A DNA stretch of 64,000 nt from Candidatus Latescibacterota bacterium (GTDB taxonomy: Bacteria; Latescibacterota; UBA2968). The notes beneath the pieces were generated by a model. The model saw only the letters and a program-made list of their open reading frames with translations, did not search any database and was not told where the DNA came from. A program made the translations under genes and the position numbers. Where the stretch lies: positions 4,256,001-4,320,000 of the forward strand of contig OZ242320.1 in assembly GCA_965208125.1 (NCBI GenBank). The letters are read 5' to 3'. This document shows, piece after piece, positions 36,823 to 46,963 of the stretch (position 1 is its first letter; each line of letters opens with the position of its first letter).

Positions 36823-38232
36823 ATGACACAAGAACGACCACACATACTCATTCTCACGGCGGACCAGCTACGGGCGGATTCCATGGGCTGCGCCGGTCAT
36901 CCGCGGGTCAAAACGCCAGTCATCGACTCGCTTGCCAACGACGGCATGCGGTTCAGTAATTGCCACACTGTGTCGCCGGTTTGTCAGCCGTCGCGGGTGT
37001 CGTTCATCACTGGCACCTACCCTCACAACCACGGCATCTGGTACAACCGCGGCGAACTGCCTATCAATTACCCGACGCTGTTCTCCCAATTGCGAGATGC
37101 TGGCTACCACACGGCAACCGTCGGCAAGTCGCACCTCTGGAGCCACAAGAAGGTGTCTCATTTGCGCGAAGGCGAGCCGTATATGCAAGCGCTCGGTTTT
37201 GACGTCATCGACGAGCTCGGAGGACCGCGGGGGAGTCTCAATTCGGATTCGTACTTCACCGACTACCTGCGCGAGAAAGATCTGTTCGAGCTCTTCGTCA
37301 GCGACACGCGCGAACGGGTTCGCGATCCAAAGCTCGTCAAACCAGCGGCATTTGAGGAGGACGATCACATGGACGGATACGTGGGCAGACGCTCGGTCGA
37401 GTTCGTCGATTCTGCGCCCGGGGACCGTCCGACCTGTCTGTTCGTCAACTTCCCAGGACCACATGACCCGTGGGACGCGCCGGGGAAGTACGCCACTATG
37501 TATGATCCGTCCGATTCGCCGCCCGCCATCGGCGTGCCACCACGCCCCGCCACGCTCCCCGAAGAAGTCGCTCAGAAGGAGGACTTCAAGACGGAGCCGG
37601 GCTTGACCACCGAAATCGCCGCTGCGATCCGGGCAAACTACGATGGCAAGATCACATTCGTCGATCACTGGTGCGGTGAGATCCTTGCGGCGTATGAACG
37701 ACGCGGCTGGCTCGATGATCTCTGCGTCGTATTCTGGTCCGATCACGGCGAAATGTCCGGCGATCACGGCAGGGTGTTCAAACGCACCTTTCACGAATCT
37801 GCGTTGCGGGTCCCCCTGATCCTGCGCTGGCCCGGACGGATACCGTCCGGTACTGTCTGCGATGCGCTGGTGGAGACCATCGACGTCGGCCCTGCCTTGC
37901 TGGAAGCCCTGGGGCTCGACCAGTTGCAGATGTCCCTTGGGCAGTCGCTGGGGCATCTGTTCGCAGAGCCGACCGCGCACCATCGCACCGAGGTATTGTC
38001 AGAGATTTTCTACGGTGGTTCGCGCAATACGATGGTGAAAACCAACCGCTACAAGTACGTCATAGATCAGCACGGCATGGGGTACATGCTGTACGATATG
38101 CAGCAGGACCCGGATGAGCAGCAAAATCTGATCGGCGATCCCGAGCATCGGGATACGGAGAACGAATTGCGGGACACGCTGCTTCGCCGCCTCGCGGCCA
38201 GTGCATTTGTCATGGACAGCGTGAACCTGTGA
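36823..38232 (+). CDS. S1 sulfatase
   Basis: MTQERPHILILTADQ, CQPSR, GKSH, GPHDP, SDHGE; GC-rich. Confidence 0.92.
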   Translation: MTQERPHILILTADQLRADSMGCAGHPRVKTPVIDSLANDGMRFSNCHTVSPVCQPSRVSFITGTYPHNHGIWYNRGELPINYPTLFSQLRDAGYHTATVGKSHLWSHKKVSHLREGEPYMQALGFDVIDELGGPRGSLNSDSYFTDYLREKDLFELFVSDTRERVRDPKLVKPAAFEEDDHMDGYVGRRSVEFVDSAPGDRPTCLFVNFPGPHDPWDAPGKYATMYDPSDSPPAIGVPPRPATLPEEVAQKEDFKTEPGLTTEIAAAIRANYDGKITFVDHWCGEILAAYERRGWLDDLCVVFWSDHGEMSGDHGRVFKRTFHESALRVPLILRWPGRIPSGTVCDALVETIDVGPALLEALGLDQLQMSLGQSLGHLFAEPTAHHRTEVLSEIFYGGSRNTMVKTNRYKYVIDQHGMGYMLYDMQQDPDEQQNLIGDPEHRDTENELRDTLLRRLAASAFVMDSVNL

Positions 38233-38256
38233 AAACAGCCTCCGAGACCGGCACGT

Positions 38257-39183
38257 CTAATTAGCAACGACTCTCTGATCAGAAGTCCGCGTTTCGCTTT
38301 TTTCATCCCCAAAAGCCGCATTGTCTTCGTCATAATACCTGTTGTATCGTATGTTATTCCCTCCGCTTACCCACACGGCGCGAAACAGCGTTTGCCGTTT
38401 TGGCGGCATTGTAGCAATCACTTCTTTGGGTACGCTGCGACCTCCCCACCTGCTATTTACGGCATTGTAGAGGTGAAATAAGCTCAACCGCTGGCGATTC
38501 TCGTTTGTCCACCGAGTACCGGTATGGCATAGTGCTTCTGTGAAGATCAGCGCAGAACCTGCAGGACATGTATATGTGTCCCAAATTTCGCTCTCGCGGT
38601 TGCTCAATGACTCAGGTCGTTTAAATGCTGCCTTGTGGCTACCAGAAGCCAGCATGGTGCCCCCGTCACCCGGCTTGATCTCATTCAATTCCCAAACCAC
38701 GCGTGTCAATCCTGAATGCACCTTGCCTGGAAGCATCTGATAGATGTGTGAATTTCCGATGAGATTGAAATAGCCGCTGCCCCCGTGAGGCTTGAATTGA
38801 TCGTATCCCGCCTCGCGATAGTCAGTGCGTGTGCGCTCAAATGTAAACCCATAACAGTCCTCGGTTGCCAACTGCTGACTTGCAACAATCTCATTCAAAA
38901 TCCCGACAATCACGGGATGATCCAGCAGTGCTTGAGAAGGGCCTCCTACAGGATTCCGTTCTTCTGGCGGAAGCGACTCAGGCTCCTTAACGAGCTTCAT
39001 CTGGTGTTCGTGAATCTCTGCCAACTGATCGCCTTCAACTAATCCCGGCAGGCAAATCCAGCCCTTCATATCAAACAGGTACTTGTGCTCTTCGGTCATG
39101 GGAATGACCGGGAGCCCATCGGCATTGGTTGTCGGTAACATTTTGCCCACATCAGGCTCCAGGTTTGGACGTCCTCGATTCAT
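38257..39183 (-). CDS. PhyH family dioxygenase with HxG motif
   Basis: KYLFDMKG, PHGG, SGSHK, EALCHTG. Confidence 0.85.
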   Translation of the reverse strand: MNRGRPNLEPDVGKMLPTTNADGLPVIPMTEEHKYLFDMKGWICLPGLVEGDQLAEIHEHQMKLVKEPESLPPEERNPVGGPSQALLDHPVIVGILNEIVASQQLATEDCYGFTFERTRTDYREAGYDQFKPHGGSGYFNLIGNSHIYQMLPGKVHSGLTRVVWELNEIKPGDGGTMLASGSHKAAFKRPESLSNRESEIWDTYTCPAGSALIFTEALCHTGTRWTNENRQRLSLFHLYNAVNSRWGGRSVPKEVIATMPPKRQTLFRAVWVSGGNNIRYNRYYDEDNAAFGDEKSETRTSDQRVVAN

Positions 39184-39211
39184 AGCTAACTCCTTTCTGT
39201 CATTGCGGGAA

Positions 39212-40039
39212 TTATTTCCCTTTTGACGTATCTAACCAGCTGAGGCACACCCGTTGTCGAGTGGCGATTTCCTTTTTGTGGGTGTAGTGCGCCGTTTCGA
39301 GCAATTCGAGTGTTTCGGGTGCCAGCCGCTCTTTGACCACCTCAGGAATGGGACGGCCGGGCTGGCGGTGGTGTGGGCGGTAGCGCAACGTTAACACCCG
39401 GCGTTGGCGATCGACGGGTTTCCAGGGCAGGACCCCGTGGGTCAGGCATTCGGGTATAATGACCACATCCCCAGCTGAGGGCGTGATATTGATGACTCCC
39501 AACGGTACTTCTCCTTCGATGCGACCCTGGGAAAATAGCTGTGGTGGCCGGTCAAACTGGCTTTTGTGCGAACCCGGAAGCACGAGGAGCCCGCCATCAC
39601 CTGGATGTACATCGTCCAGGTAGGGAAACACCACAAAGTCGTCGCAATAGATACGGCCCTGGTGTATCTCGTAACGGGCGCTCTCAAAGCCGTAGTCGTC
39701 GCGGGCGCAGTGCAGCGGACTCGCCTCGGTGTGTCCGTCGGGATCGTCGACCATGAGGGTACCGCTGGCGAGCATAGGTTTGCCGTTTGTCAACTCCAGC
39801 ACGATGGGCCAGACTGCGGGCAAAAAGACCAGCTTTTCCAGCGCCCGGTCAAAGGCGAAGCCGTGAGCAAAGCCCTTGAGATTTTCTGATTGTCCGAAAT
39901 GCGGCGGCAGGTCTTCCGGTGCGCTGTCGATGTAGCGCCTGGCAGCCTCCGAAGCCGCATCCAGTTCCTCCGGAGTCAGGACGTTCTTCAGGTGCAGAAA
40001 ACCGCATAGATCAAAAAGATAGCGTTGTTCTTCGGTCAT
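39212..40039 (-). CDS. PhyH family dioxygenase with HxA motif
   Basis: RYLFDLCG, LHCA, LPGSHK, ECLTHG. Confidence 0.85.
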   Translation of the reverse strand: MTEEQRYLFDLCGFLHLKNVLTPEELDAASEAARRYIDSAPEDLPPHFGQSENLKGFAHGFAFDRALEKLVFLPAVWPIVLELTNGKPMLASGTLMVDDPDGHTEASPLHCARDDYGFESARYEIHQGRIYCDDFVVFPYLDDVHPGDGGLLVLPGSHKSQFDRPPQLFSQGRIEGEVPLGVINITPSAGDVVIIPECLTHGVLPWKPVDRQRRVLTLRYRPHHRQPGRPIPEVVKERLAPETLELLETAHYTHKKEIATRQRVCLSWLDTSKGK

Positions 40040-40047
40040 TATCGTCA

Positions 40048-40118
40048 GCCTTGCCTTTCGTCAAAACAGTGAATTTGGACCCTTTAGAATCAAAGAAGCT
40101 ATTTTCCGTTGTTGTCAT
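40048..40118 (-). pseudogene. 5' stub of a probable alpha/beta-hydrolase gene
   Basis: ATG 40118: MTTTENSFFDSKG, then with a 1-nt frameshift VQIHCFDERQG, resembling hydrolase N-termini of the FFDSxGVxIHYxDxG type. Confidence 0.5.
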
Positions 40119-40249
40119 AGTCCCACCGCGAACACTCACGCACCATCGGCAGTGGGCGAGATGTAAAATCATCTTTGAACAGTTTCTAAACTTTGTTAAG
40201 TTTTTGTTATGATCTTGCCCAGATCCCAACCCTATTGAGGCTTAAGTCT

Positions 40250-40327
40250 ATGACACCCATGGCGCGTTTGTCGTTTTGCATACCTGCAGATCAGCGAGTA
40301 GATTTCCAGGAGGCCTTCCATGGCTGA
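40250..40327 (+). pseudogene. 5' stub of a lost gene (MTPMARLSFCIPADQRVDFQEAFHG*), overlapping the next start
   Basis: 25-codon ORF whose TGA lies in ATGGCTGA of the 40320 gene; resembles, from memory, 'ARLSFWVP...F' N-termini of larger proteins. Confidence 0.45.
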
Positions 40328-41366
40328 TCCCGAAATCCTGGTGCTGGGCGGTCCCGAGCGCGATCTCTATCTGGCCGCGGCCGATCTGGAGCGCCTGGAT
40401 AGCTTTGCGAATTGGACATGGCTCCCCTGTGAAGCGGGTCAGGTCCAGCCCGGTCACCAGACCGAATTGTCGCGACGACTGGCGTCCGTCCAGGCCCTGG
40501 TCGTCTATTCGGGGGCGCCCCATATCGGCCCCGAACTCATGGAACAAGCCCCCGAGCTACGCCTCATCGGCGAATTGAACGGCGATCGTTTCGCCGAGCG
40601 CATCGACGTGGAGGCGGCCTGGCAACGGGATATCCGCGTTGTTGACACCACCAATGGTTCGTCCTACCCTGTCTCTGAGTGGGCCCTGGGCCTTATTCTC
40701 GTATCGTTGCGCAACGCCGGTTATTATCTGCGCCGCTACATGGAGGGAAATTGCCGCAAAACCCGCGACAACCCCAGCTTCCTGCGCGGCGAACTCACCG
40801 GCAAGACCGTGGGACTGATCGGCTGCGGCCATGCCGGCCGTCGCCTAATAGAATTGCTGCGCCCTTTCCGGGTCGCCATTCAGGTTTACGACCCCTACCT
40901 GCCTGGAACCATGGCCGAAGCCCTGGGCTTTCTCCTGACCTCACTCGAACAGGTCCTGTCGAGCTCCGATGCGATTGTCTGTCTGGCCCCGCAGACCCCC
41001 GGGACCCAGGGCATGATCGGTCGGGCAGAACTGGATCTGATCCCCTCGGGGGCTGTACTGGTCAACGTCTCCCGCGGTCCCATCATCGATTCGGTCGCCC
41101 TGGTCGAACGCCTCAAGCGCGGCGATATTATCGCTGGCCTCGATGTTTTCGACCCCGACCCTATCCCCGACGGCCACGAAATAACCGGGCTGGACAATGT
41201 ATTCCTTACGCCCCATATCGCCGGCGTCACCCGGGCCGCCTACTGGCGCTTTTTCGAGCTGATGGTGGACGAACTGGACCGCTTTTTCCACGGCTTTGAG
41301 CCCTATTTCGAATTGACCCAGCGCACCCTGGACGACCGCAGCGGCCGTCGCCCCGCCACTCATTAA
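40320..41366 (+). CDS. D-isomer specific 2-hydroxyacid dehydrogenase
   Basis: GLIGCGHAG, YDPY, VNVSRG, LDVF, TPHIAG. Confidence 0.9.
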   Translation: MADPEILVLGGPERDLYLAAADLERLDSFANWTWLPCEAGQVQPGHQTELSRRLASVQALVVYSGAPHIGPELMEQAPELRLIGELNGDRFAERIDVEAAWQRDIRVVDTTNGSSYPVSEWALGLILVSLRNAGYYLRRYMEGNCRKTRDNPSFLRGELTGKTVGLIGCGHAGRRLIELLRPFRVAIQVYDPYLPGTMAEALGFLLTSLEQVLSSSDAIVCLAPQTPGTQGMIGRAELDLIPSGAVLVNVSRGPIIDSVALVERLKRGDIIAGLDVFDPDPIPDGHEITGLDNVFLTPHIAGVTRAAYWRFFELMVDELDRFFHGFEPYFELTQRTLDDRSGRRPATH

Positions 41367-41381
41367 AAAGAGGTCGGTTTA

Positions 41382-41424
41382 GTGATTACTCCCACCCTAA
41401 AGGACAAATATTTATGATCTTCAT
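41382..41424 (+). pseudogene. 5' stub of a PhyH gene (MITPTLKDKYL/DL)
   Basis: RBS AGAGGT, GTG ATT ACT CCC ACC CTA AAG GAC AAA TAT TTA T GAT CTT CA; matches the KYLFDLxG starts of 18040/38257/39212 with a small deletion. Confidence 0.55.
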
Positions 41425-41427
41425 TTT

Positions 41428-42411
41428 TTAAGTCTCTTTGGGTGAAAGCAGAAAATGGTCAAACCACGCGACCATCTGCTCGAAGTACTCAACGAGAAAG
41501 CGATGATTGCCGTCGGGTTGATAGACTTTGAAATGATCATCGTGTCCTGTTGCTGCATAGGCTTTTTTTACAACGGGTATAAGAGTATCGACGCCTTGAC
41601 GCGGCATGTCTTCGTCCCGGGTGGGCGAGATCATCATAAAGGGTCGCGGAGGCATACAGGTGGCTACGACGCGCGGATGATCAAAGTGACACAGGAAGTT
41701 AGGGATGTAGTAATAAGCACTGTGTCGTTCGTTGTCGCTATGGTGAATGACGCTGGCCAGGCTGCCAAGGCCACCACAGACAGTTACGCCTGCCGTGATC
41801 CAGGGTGCGCACGCCATTGAATACCAGGTTGCGTTGCCGCCAAGCGACATGCCTGTCAGGCCAATGCGGCTTTTGTCAACGCCATTTGTCGCGCAAAGAA
41901 TTCGAGCGGCTCTGAGGGTTTCTTCGACGAGAATGCCCATCTGGCTTCGTCCATACGGAGCCAGGAGTTTGCACTCGGTTGCCCATTCTTCAACGCTGCG
42001 GCGCCTTCCTTCTGTGCCTTTGATCGAGATGGCCAGTGTCGTGAACCCTCTTCGCGCGAGTTCACGTCCCCAGCCAATCAATGGACCATCGGGAGATTGA
42101 TGGAATTGTGGATGCGCGACCCGTTCGGCAGAACCGGATGTGCCAGAAATGCATACGATTCCCGGTCGTAATTTTCCCGTATGTCCAGGCGGTTCCAGGA
42201 GGATGGCCGGAACGGTTTCGCGCAGTGAGTTCTGGTAGCTCAGATGGGTGGCGCGAACGCCTTCGGTTTCTCGCGTTTCTGAGGTTGTGAAATCTACGTT
42301 GTCGGGGATTGTAGGCAGCCCCAGAAGATCTATGAGCTTTGCACGGATATCTGAGTCGGCAAGGTCAGATGTGGATGCTGGCTGGATATCAGGTGGTATG
42401 ATAGGTGACAT
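41428..42411 (-). CDS. Alpha/beta hydrolase (dienelactone hydrolase/esterase-like)
   Basis: GMSLGG nucleophile motif, RPFMMI, GNH. Confidence 0.85.
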   Translation of the reverse strand: MSPIIPPDIQPASTSDLADSDIRAKLIDLLGLPTIPDNVDFTTSETRETEGVRATHLSYQNSLRETVPAILLEPPGHTGKLRPGIVCISGTSGSAERVAHPQFHQSPDGPLIGWGRELARRGFTTLAISIKGTEGRRRSVEEWATECKLLAPYGRSQMGILVEETLRAARILCATNGVDKSRIGLTGMSLGGNATWYSMACAPWITAGVTVCGGLGSLASVIHHSDNERHSAYYYIPNFLCHFDHPRVVATCMPPRPFMMISPTRDEDMPRQGVDTLIPVVKKAYAATGHDDHFKVYQPDGNHRFLVEYFEQMVAWFDHFLLSPKET

Positions 42412-42431
42412 ATCGAGAAACCTTTATTATC

Positions 42432-43892
42432 TCACGGTTTTTGCACGACAAATTCCGGCCGTGGAATCATGCGTTCCGGATTTCGTTCGTAACCTCGTTT
42501 CCACAACTCCTCCACAAGCCTTCCACTTTTAGCCAGTTCTTGGCGAAGTGCCTGCTGGTCTGCCTTTGCCCTCTGATCAATCGCTTCCGGGCAGCACACC
42601 TGGTATAGCATTCGCCGAAGCCGAGCCAGTTTCTGAGACGCATCGGGACGCTCCGCAAGATCTTGCATCTCCAAAGGATCCTCTGCAAGGTCAAACAACA
42701 TCGGTCTTTCCCCAACGCACGCCACATATTTATCTGAACCCGATCGAAGAGCAAATGCGCTTCCCGGAAGGCCCGGCCCATGGAATTCACTGATCGCGAA
42801 TTCGGGAAGTGCCGCACCTGGCTCGCCCCTCAAGGACCCCAGCAAGGATGTCCCCCGCATGTGCGTTGGGGAAGGCAACTCCAGGGCTTCCGAGAATGTC
42901 TGGAAAAGATCGAGATGTGAAACGGGCGCAGGCTCGGACCCTCCTGACTCTATGCCGGGTCCAGCCACGATCATGGGTACGCGAATTGAATCCTCATACA
43001 TCGATCCCATTCCGGAATTGCGATGTGCCCCCATGCTACCACCGTGATCCGAAGCATAGGCGACCAGGGTCGAATCCCAGAGATTCTCGGTGTCTATGGC
43101 TTTGAGCACGCGCCCCACGTTGCGATCTGCCATCTCACAGATGCCGTGGTAGCCTACCAGACCACGGCGCAACTCCTCGGGTGTGCAAAGATCGCTGCAC
43201 GTGTAACGAACAAAATCCCGGTGGAAGGGGTGCAGTCGAGAAATGGGTTCCGAATAGCGCTCGTCCAGGTCTTCGGTTCGCACCAGCGGATCGTAGTAAT
43301 CCCATAGATCCTGCGGCGGATTCCATCCGGGATGGGGCTGTTTGATATTCACGATCAGGACCCAAGGGCGATCTTGCGGGCGTTCATACATCAGCCACTG
43401 TACCGCTTCTTTTGCGACCTGCGCGTCGTGCTGGTGTTCCCCACGCCCACTTGCAGGACCCGCTTCCCGCAATCGATGCAGGTGATGGTATCGGGGTTGC
43501 ACACGACCTTCTTCGAACAGCGTGTGTACGTCCAGACTCTCCCGTGCCTTGGCCAGGCGCATATCTTCCACTCCAGCATCACTGCCTGGTTTGTAATCGA
43601 GCTTGCCAATGGTCGTAAGCATGACGCCATTTTCTGCAAAGTAATGCCCCCAACCTCTGGGCACTCCCGAATAGGGGAACGCATTGTCCCAGGTGGAGAT
43701 CTCGTGAACATACCGTCCCGCCATCATCGCGCCCCGCGAAGGCGCGCACAGAGGACTTGGGCAATAGGCACTGTCGAATCTCTTTCCTCGCCTGGCGAGC
43801 GCATCGATGTGAGGCGTACGGGTAATGGAACTACCGTAACAACCGGAAAACTCAGGGTTGTGTCGATCGGTCATGATATAAACAACATTCAT
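42432..43892 (-). CDS. S1 sulfatase (choline-sulfatase-like clade)
   Basis: Start MNVVYIMTDRH (RBS GAGG); CAPSR, SDHG, MYEDSIRVP. Confidence 0.9.
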   Translation of the reverse strand: MNVVYIMTDRHNPEFSGCYGSSITRTPHIDALARRGKRFDSAYCPSPLCAPSRGAMMAGRYVHEISTWDNAFPYSGVPRGWGHYFAENGVMLTTIGKLDYKPGSDAGVEDMRLAKARESLDVHTLFEEGRVQPRYHHLHRLREAGPASGRGEHQHDAQVAKEAVQWLMYERPQDRPWVLIVNIKQPHPGWNPPQDLWDYYDPLVRTEDLDERYSEPISRLHPFHRDFVRYTCSDLCTPEELRRGLVGYHGICEMADRNVGRVLKAIDTENLWDSTLVAYASDHGGSMGAHRNSGMGSMYEDSIRVPMIVAGPGIESGGSEPAPVSHLDLFQTFSEALELPSPTHMRGTSLLGSLRGEPGAALPEFAISEFHGPGLPGSAFALRSGSDKYVACVGERPMLFDLAEDPLEMQDLAERPDASQKLARLRRMLYQVCCPEAIDQRAKADQQALRQELAKSGRLVEELWKRGYERNPERMIPRPEFVVQKP

Positions 43893-43929
43893 CGAAGTCA
43901 CCTCGGTGCGGGTTGTCAATGGCGGCATC

Positions 43930-44748
43930 TTAAGCCGTTGGAACATATCCCAACTGATCGTTATATGCCACAGCTTCGGGGAAGGTCTCGTGAAGGTGGT
44001 CGAGAACCATACCAATATTACACCTGCACAAAGAGCTGGGATAGGGCATCTCGCCGGTACGCCGGAAAAATGCCCCGTTCTTTTCGTGAAAATCACCCCG
44101 CCGGTCCATGAACTGCCCCCAGTGTCCCATCGTGTATCGCATCTCTGTCCTTCTCTCAGCGCTCTGAATCCAGGCTTCGGGAAACAGCATTTGAAACCGT
44201 GGTGCCGAATTCAACCAACTGCCGCATCGAACCACTTTTACTTCCGGCCGACGTACTTGCGAATCTCTGAGCAGCCTGATTAGCGATGCCGCAAACTGCA
44301 CGTGCATATCACTGAGGGGAGATTTTGGCTGGTAAACGTTGGCAATATGAAGGCTCAACGAGTCCTCGTGCTTGTAGTCATAATTCCAACATTCGTGTGA
44401 ACGATCGCCAGGTCCGGGCTGTTCATTACCCAACTTGCGAATGCGCGCTACCATAAGTGGCCAGAGGATCGCAAGTCCCTTGGTCTCCACGGATTCACTA
44501 TCATTACCATACTTGTCGAAGATTTCTCCCAACTTCCCTACAATGACGTTCCATTCGAGATCTTCGTCTCCCGCTGCCGGATGGTGGTTGCCGTCGTAGA
44601 GTGAGGTATTCCGGTACAGATTGACTCGCACGTTAACGGTATCTTCCAGGTCTCCAGGGTCTTCCCACAGCCGTTTGTTCGCGTACCAAAGGCTCAACCG
44701 GGTGAATTCCCGAACATAATGCACGCGAATCGGATCCAGATCGGACAT
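43930..44748 (-). CDS. Hypothetical protein (possible GNAT-like acyltransferase fold)
   Basis: Co-oriented ORF inside the operon; SLHIAN and CGSWLN motifs; fold is inference. Confidence 0.55.
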   Translation of the reverse strand: MSDLDPIRVHYVREFTRLSLWYANKRLWEDPGDLEDTVNVRVNLYRNTSLYDGNHHPAAGDEDLEWNVIVGKLGEIFDKYGNDSESVETKGLAILWPLMVARIRKLGNEQPGPGDRSHECWNYDYKHEDSLSLHIANVYQPKSPLSDMHVQFAASLIRLLRDSQVRRPEVKVVRCGSWLNSAPRFQMLFPEAWIQSAERRTEMRYTMGHWGQFMDRRGDFHEKNGAFFRRTGEMPYPSSLCRCNIGMVLDHLHETFPEAVAYNDQLGYVPTA

Positions 44749-44776
44749 TGATTCTACCCCTGTTGTTCGTATTGCG

Positions 44777-46963
44777 TTAATCTTTTCCTCTGCCGGATTT
44801 TGCGCCATAATCCTGCCAGCCCCAATCCAGATGGATTCGGGGTATGGAAAACTCGTAATACCAGCGAATACTCACGGGTTCGTGTTGAGGTTCCAGGTAT
44901 GCATAAAAAAGAGCAGATCGGCCTGTCACTTCATCCAGCATCCCTGCAGGGGTGAGTTCCGACAACAGGTTCGGATCTTCTTCCACTTCCAGGTAACGCA
45001 GCAAATCATTTGTGTGGTTTTCGGCGCCGCTGGAACTCATTTGAACGGGTGTCTCGTGTTCATTCCACCCTGGCAAGTCCGATGCTGGTTGAGATTCGCC
45101 GTCTGCCGCCTTTGCCCAGATCGGTGTACTCCAGGCAAACTCTCCATCGTTCTGGCGAAGCCGTATGTAGTAGGCATTCTCTTTGAGCGGATGCTCATCC
45201 ACGTAAGTCAGATCTACGTCCAGCGTGTTCGGACGCCAGGTCTTCAAGCGTCGATCATTCCGGATGAGATCTACGTGCTGCACTGTTGAGCATGCGTGAG
45301 CTACCACGCGAATTCTGGCTGGGCCTGAAAGCTGTATCTCGCTGCCAGCGGGATTGCCCCCCAGCGAAACCATCAGAATGATTCGAGCCCCGGTCGTTGC
45401 AAAGGTTCGTCTTTCAGCGACAGCTTGCCAGATGGCCTTTCGTTCACAGCGAGTGGCCCACACACCTGCCAGAGGACCCGACCCAAATCCGGTGTCACGG
45501 ATGTTGAGCACCTTGTTGAACCGGCCCCGGAAGCAATGGGGAGCCATTGGGGCGCCCAGTGTGGGCAGATGGATATCTCCCGATCCGATAACGGCCGGTC
45601 GATAGCCGTACCTCAGTGCCTTCTGCAGGAGCCACTCGAAAGCGCCGTGACCGCTGGCCACTTCCAGCAGTGGTTCGACATTTGGCCGAAATGCGTCCCA
45701 ATTTGGCGGTCCTCCTCCAACGTGGGATTCAAGAAGAACATCCTCCCGATCTCCGTAGGTTTCCAGCAGAGTTTCCATCGACGAAAAGGTCGGCAGGTAC
45801 CCATCTTCCATCTCCCGGAATACGACGTTTCGGTCCCCTCCGGAGCGCGTGTGAACTTCCGATGCCAGGAAGGGCACATATATTCCGGGCTCATCGTGAT
45901 TGGTATATGCCTGTTGAAAGGCTTCCCACAGTTCAGGTTCGTCAGCCTGATCTGGTGGCGACATGGGGCCCGGAGCCGCAAAATCCAGCCGTCCCACTTC
46001 GCGGGCTTGCCTGTGTCGGGCATCCGGATCCAACTTGAAGCTGGGCTCGTCCATCAGCGCCATGGACGTATCGCCCCAGGCGTGGGAGTGAAAGTCTCCC
46101 CAGAGCAGCCGGAAGTCGGGAGACTTCTGGCAGAATATCGGATTGCTTCTGGCTCGAAGGTCTCCATCCCTCGCTTCGAGGCGATAAACGCCGGGGTGGT
46201 CAATCTGCACGTCCTCCAACCTCAGGACGCCGTTATGTACTGGCTCAAACACCGCTCGATCCGGCAGGCCCGACACATTGTCGGGGGCAGTTAACTGGAC
46301 GACGCCTTGATATTGTTCACACACATTTCGATGGATATCGAAAGCGACCAGATTGAGGTGAAACGATTCGCCCTGTTCGACAATGGATGGTCCCAGGATT
46401 CGCAGCATATCTGCGGATGCTTCTGAAGTAATGCGAATCCGGATCTCTCCACCCGCGATGCTGACAAATTGACCACTGCCATTGCGATCTACGGCTGCCT
46501 CCAGTCGCGCCATTGTAGTCGAGTCATAAACTTCAGCACCTGGACCACCCCCGCAGCGATCGCCGATTCGCAATCTGATCCAATCTCCCTTTTGAAGGGC
46601 CCCTTTCGACACGCGAACCCTCGCAACTTCGGGTTCGTGACCATGGTCGGAATTGACAGTCAGGTCCAGTCTGGCGTCAGAATTTGACTCCATTGTCACA
46701 TAGTCGCGTCCCAGTGGGTTATTCAACTGAGGGGCGTGGCCCATGAGGAATCCGCGGCGGAAGAAGCAGAATCCCCCACCATCCTGCACATCCGCTGCAG
46801 CAGTAAATGTGATCTCCCACGTGCCGACTTTCCCAGCAGGCAGATTGAATGTGGATCCCGATGCAACAGAACCATCTGCACCCCGAAACAGGACTTCAAA
46901 TCCGTCGGGTTCATCCCCGGGAATTGAGGCCTGGATCCACTCTATGCGAGCGTTTTTTGACAT
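44777..46963 (-). CDS. DUF3604-like PHP-fold metallohydrolase, copy A
   Basis: SNPI, WGDFHSH, GDRNV, EVASGHG, GSGDIH, RRTFATTG, AWSTPIW. Confidence 0.75.
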   Translation of the reverse strand: MSKNARIEWIQASIPGDEPDGFEVLFRGADGSVASGSTFNLPAGKVGTWEITFTAAADVQDGGGFCFFRRGFLMGHAPQLNNPLGRDYVTMESNSDARLDLTVNSDHGHEPEVARVRVSKGALQKGDWIRLRIGDRCGGGPGAEVYDSTTMARLEAAVDRNGSGQFVSIAGGEIRIRITSEASADMLRILGPSIVEQGESFHLNLVAFDIHRNVCEQYQGVVQLTAPDNVSGLPDRAVFEPVHNGVLRLEDVQIDHPGVYRLEARDGDLRARSNPIFCQKSPDFRLLWGDFHSHAWGDTSMALMDEPSFKLDPDARHRQAREVGRLDFAAPGPMSPPDQADEPELWEAFQQAYTNHDEPGIYVPFLASEVHTRSGGDRNVVFREMEDGYLPTFSSMETLLETYGDREDVLLESHVGGGPPNWDAFRPNVEPLLEVASGHGAFEWLLQKALRYGYRPAVIGSGDIHLPTLGAPMAPHCFRGRFNKVLNIRDTGFGSGPLAGVWATRCERKAIWQAVAERRTFATTGARIILMVSLGGNPAGSEIQLSGPARIRVVAHACSTVQHVDLIRNDRRLKTWRPNTLDVDLTYVDEHPLKENAYYIRLRQNDGEFAWSTPIWAKAADGESQPASDLPGWNEHETPVQMSSSGAENHTNDLLRYLEVEEDPNLLSELTPAGMLDEVTGRSALFYAYLEPQHEPVSIRWYYEFSIPRIHLDWGWQDYGAKSGRGKD

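Noticed and set aside
36868-37983. 371-aa antisense ORF (and similar ones at 4560, 6298, 10792, 28702, 43332, 45425, 55909)
   Set aside because: They lie opposite well-supported genes, have no recognisable motifs, and are expected in GC-rich coding DNA
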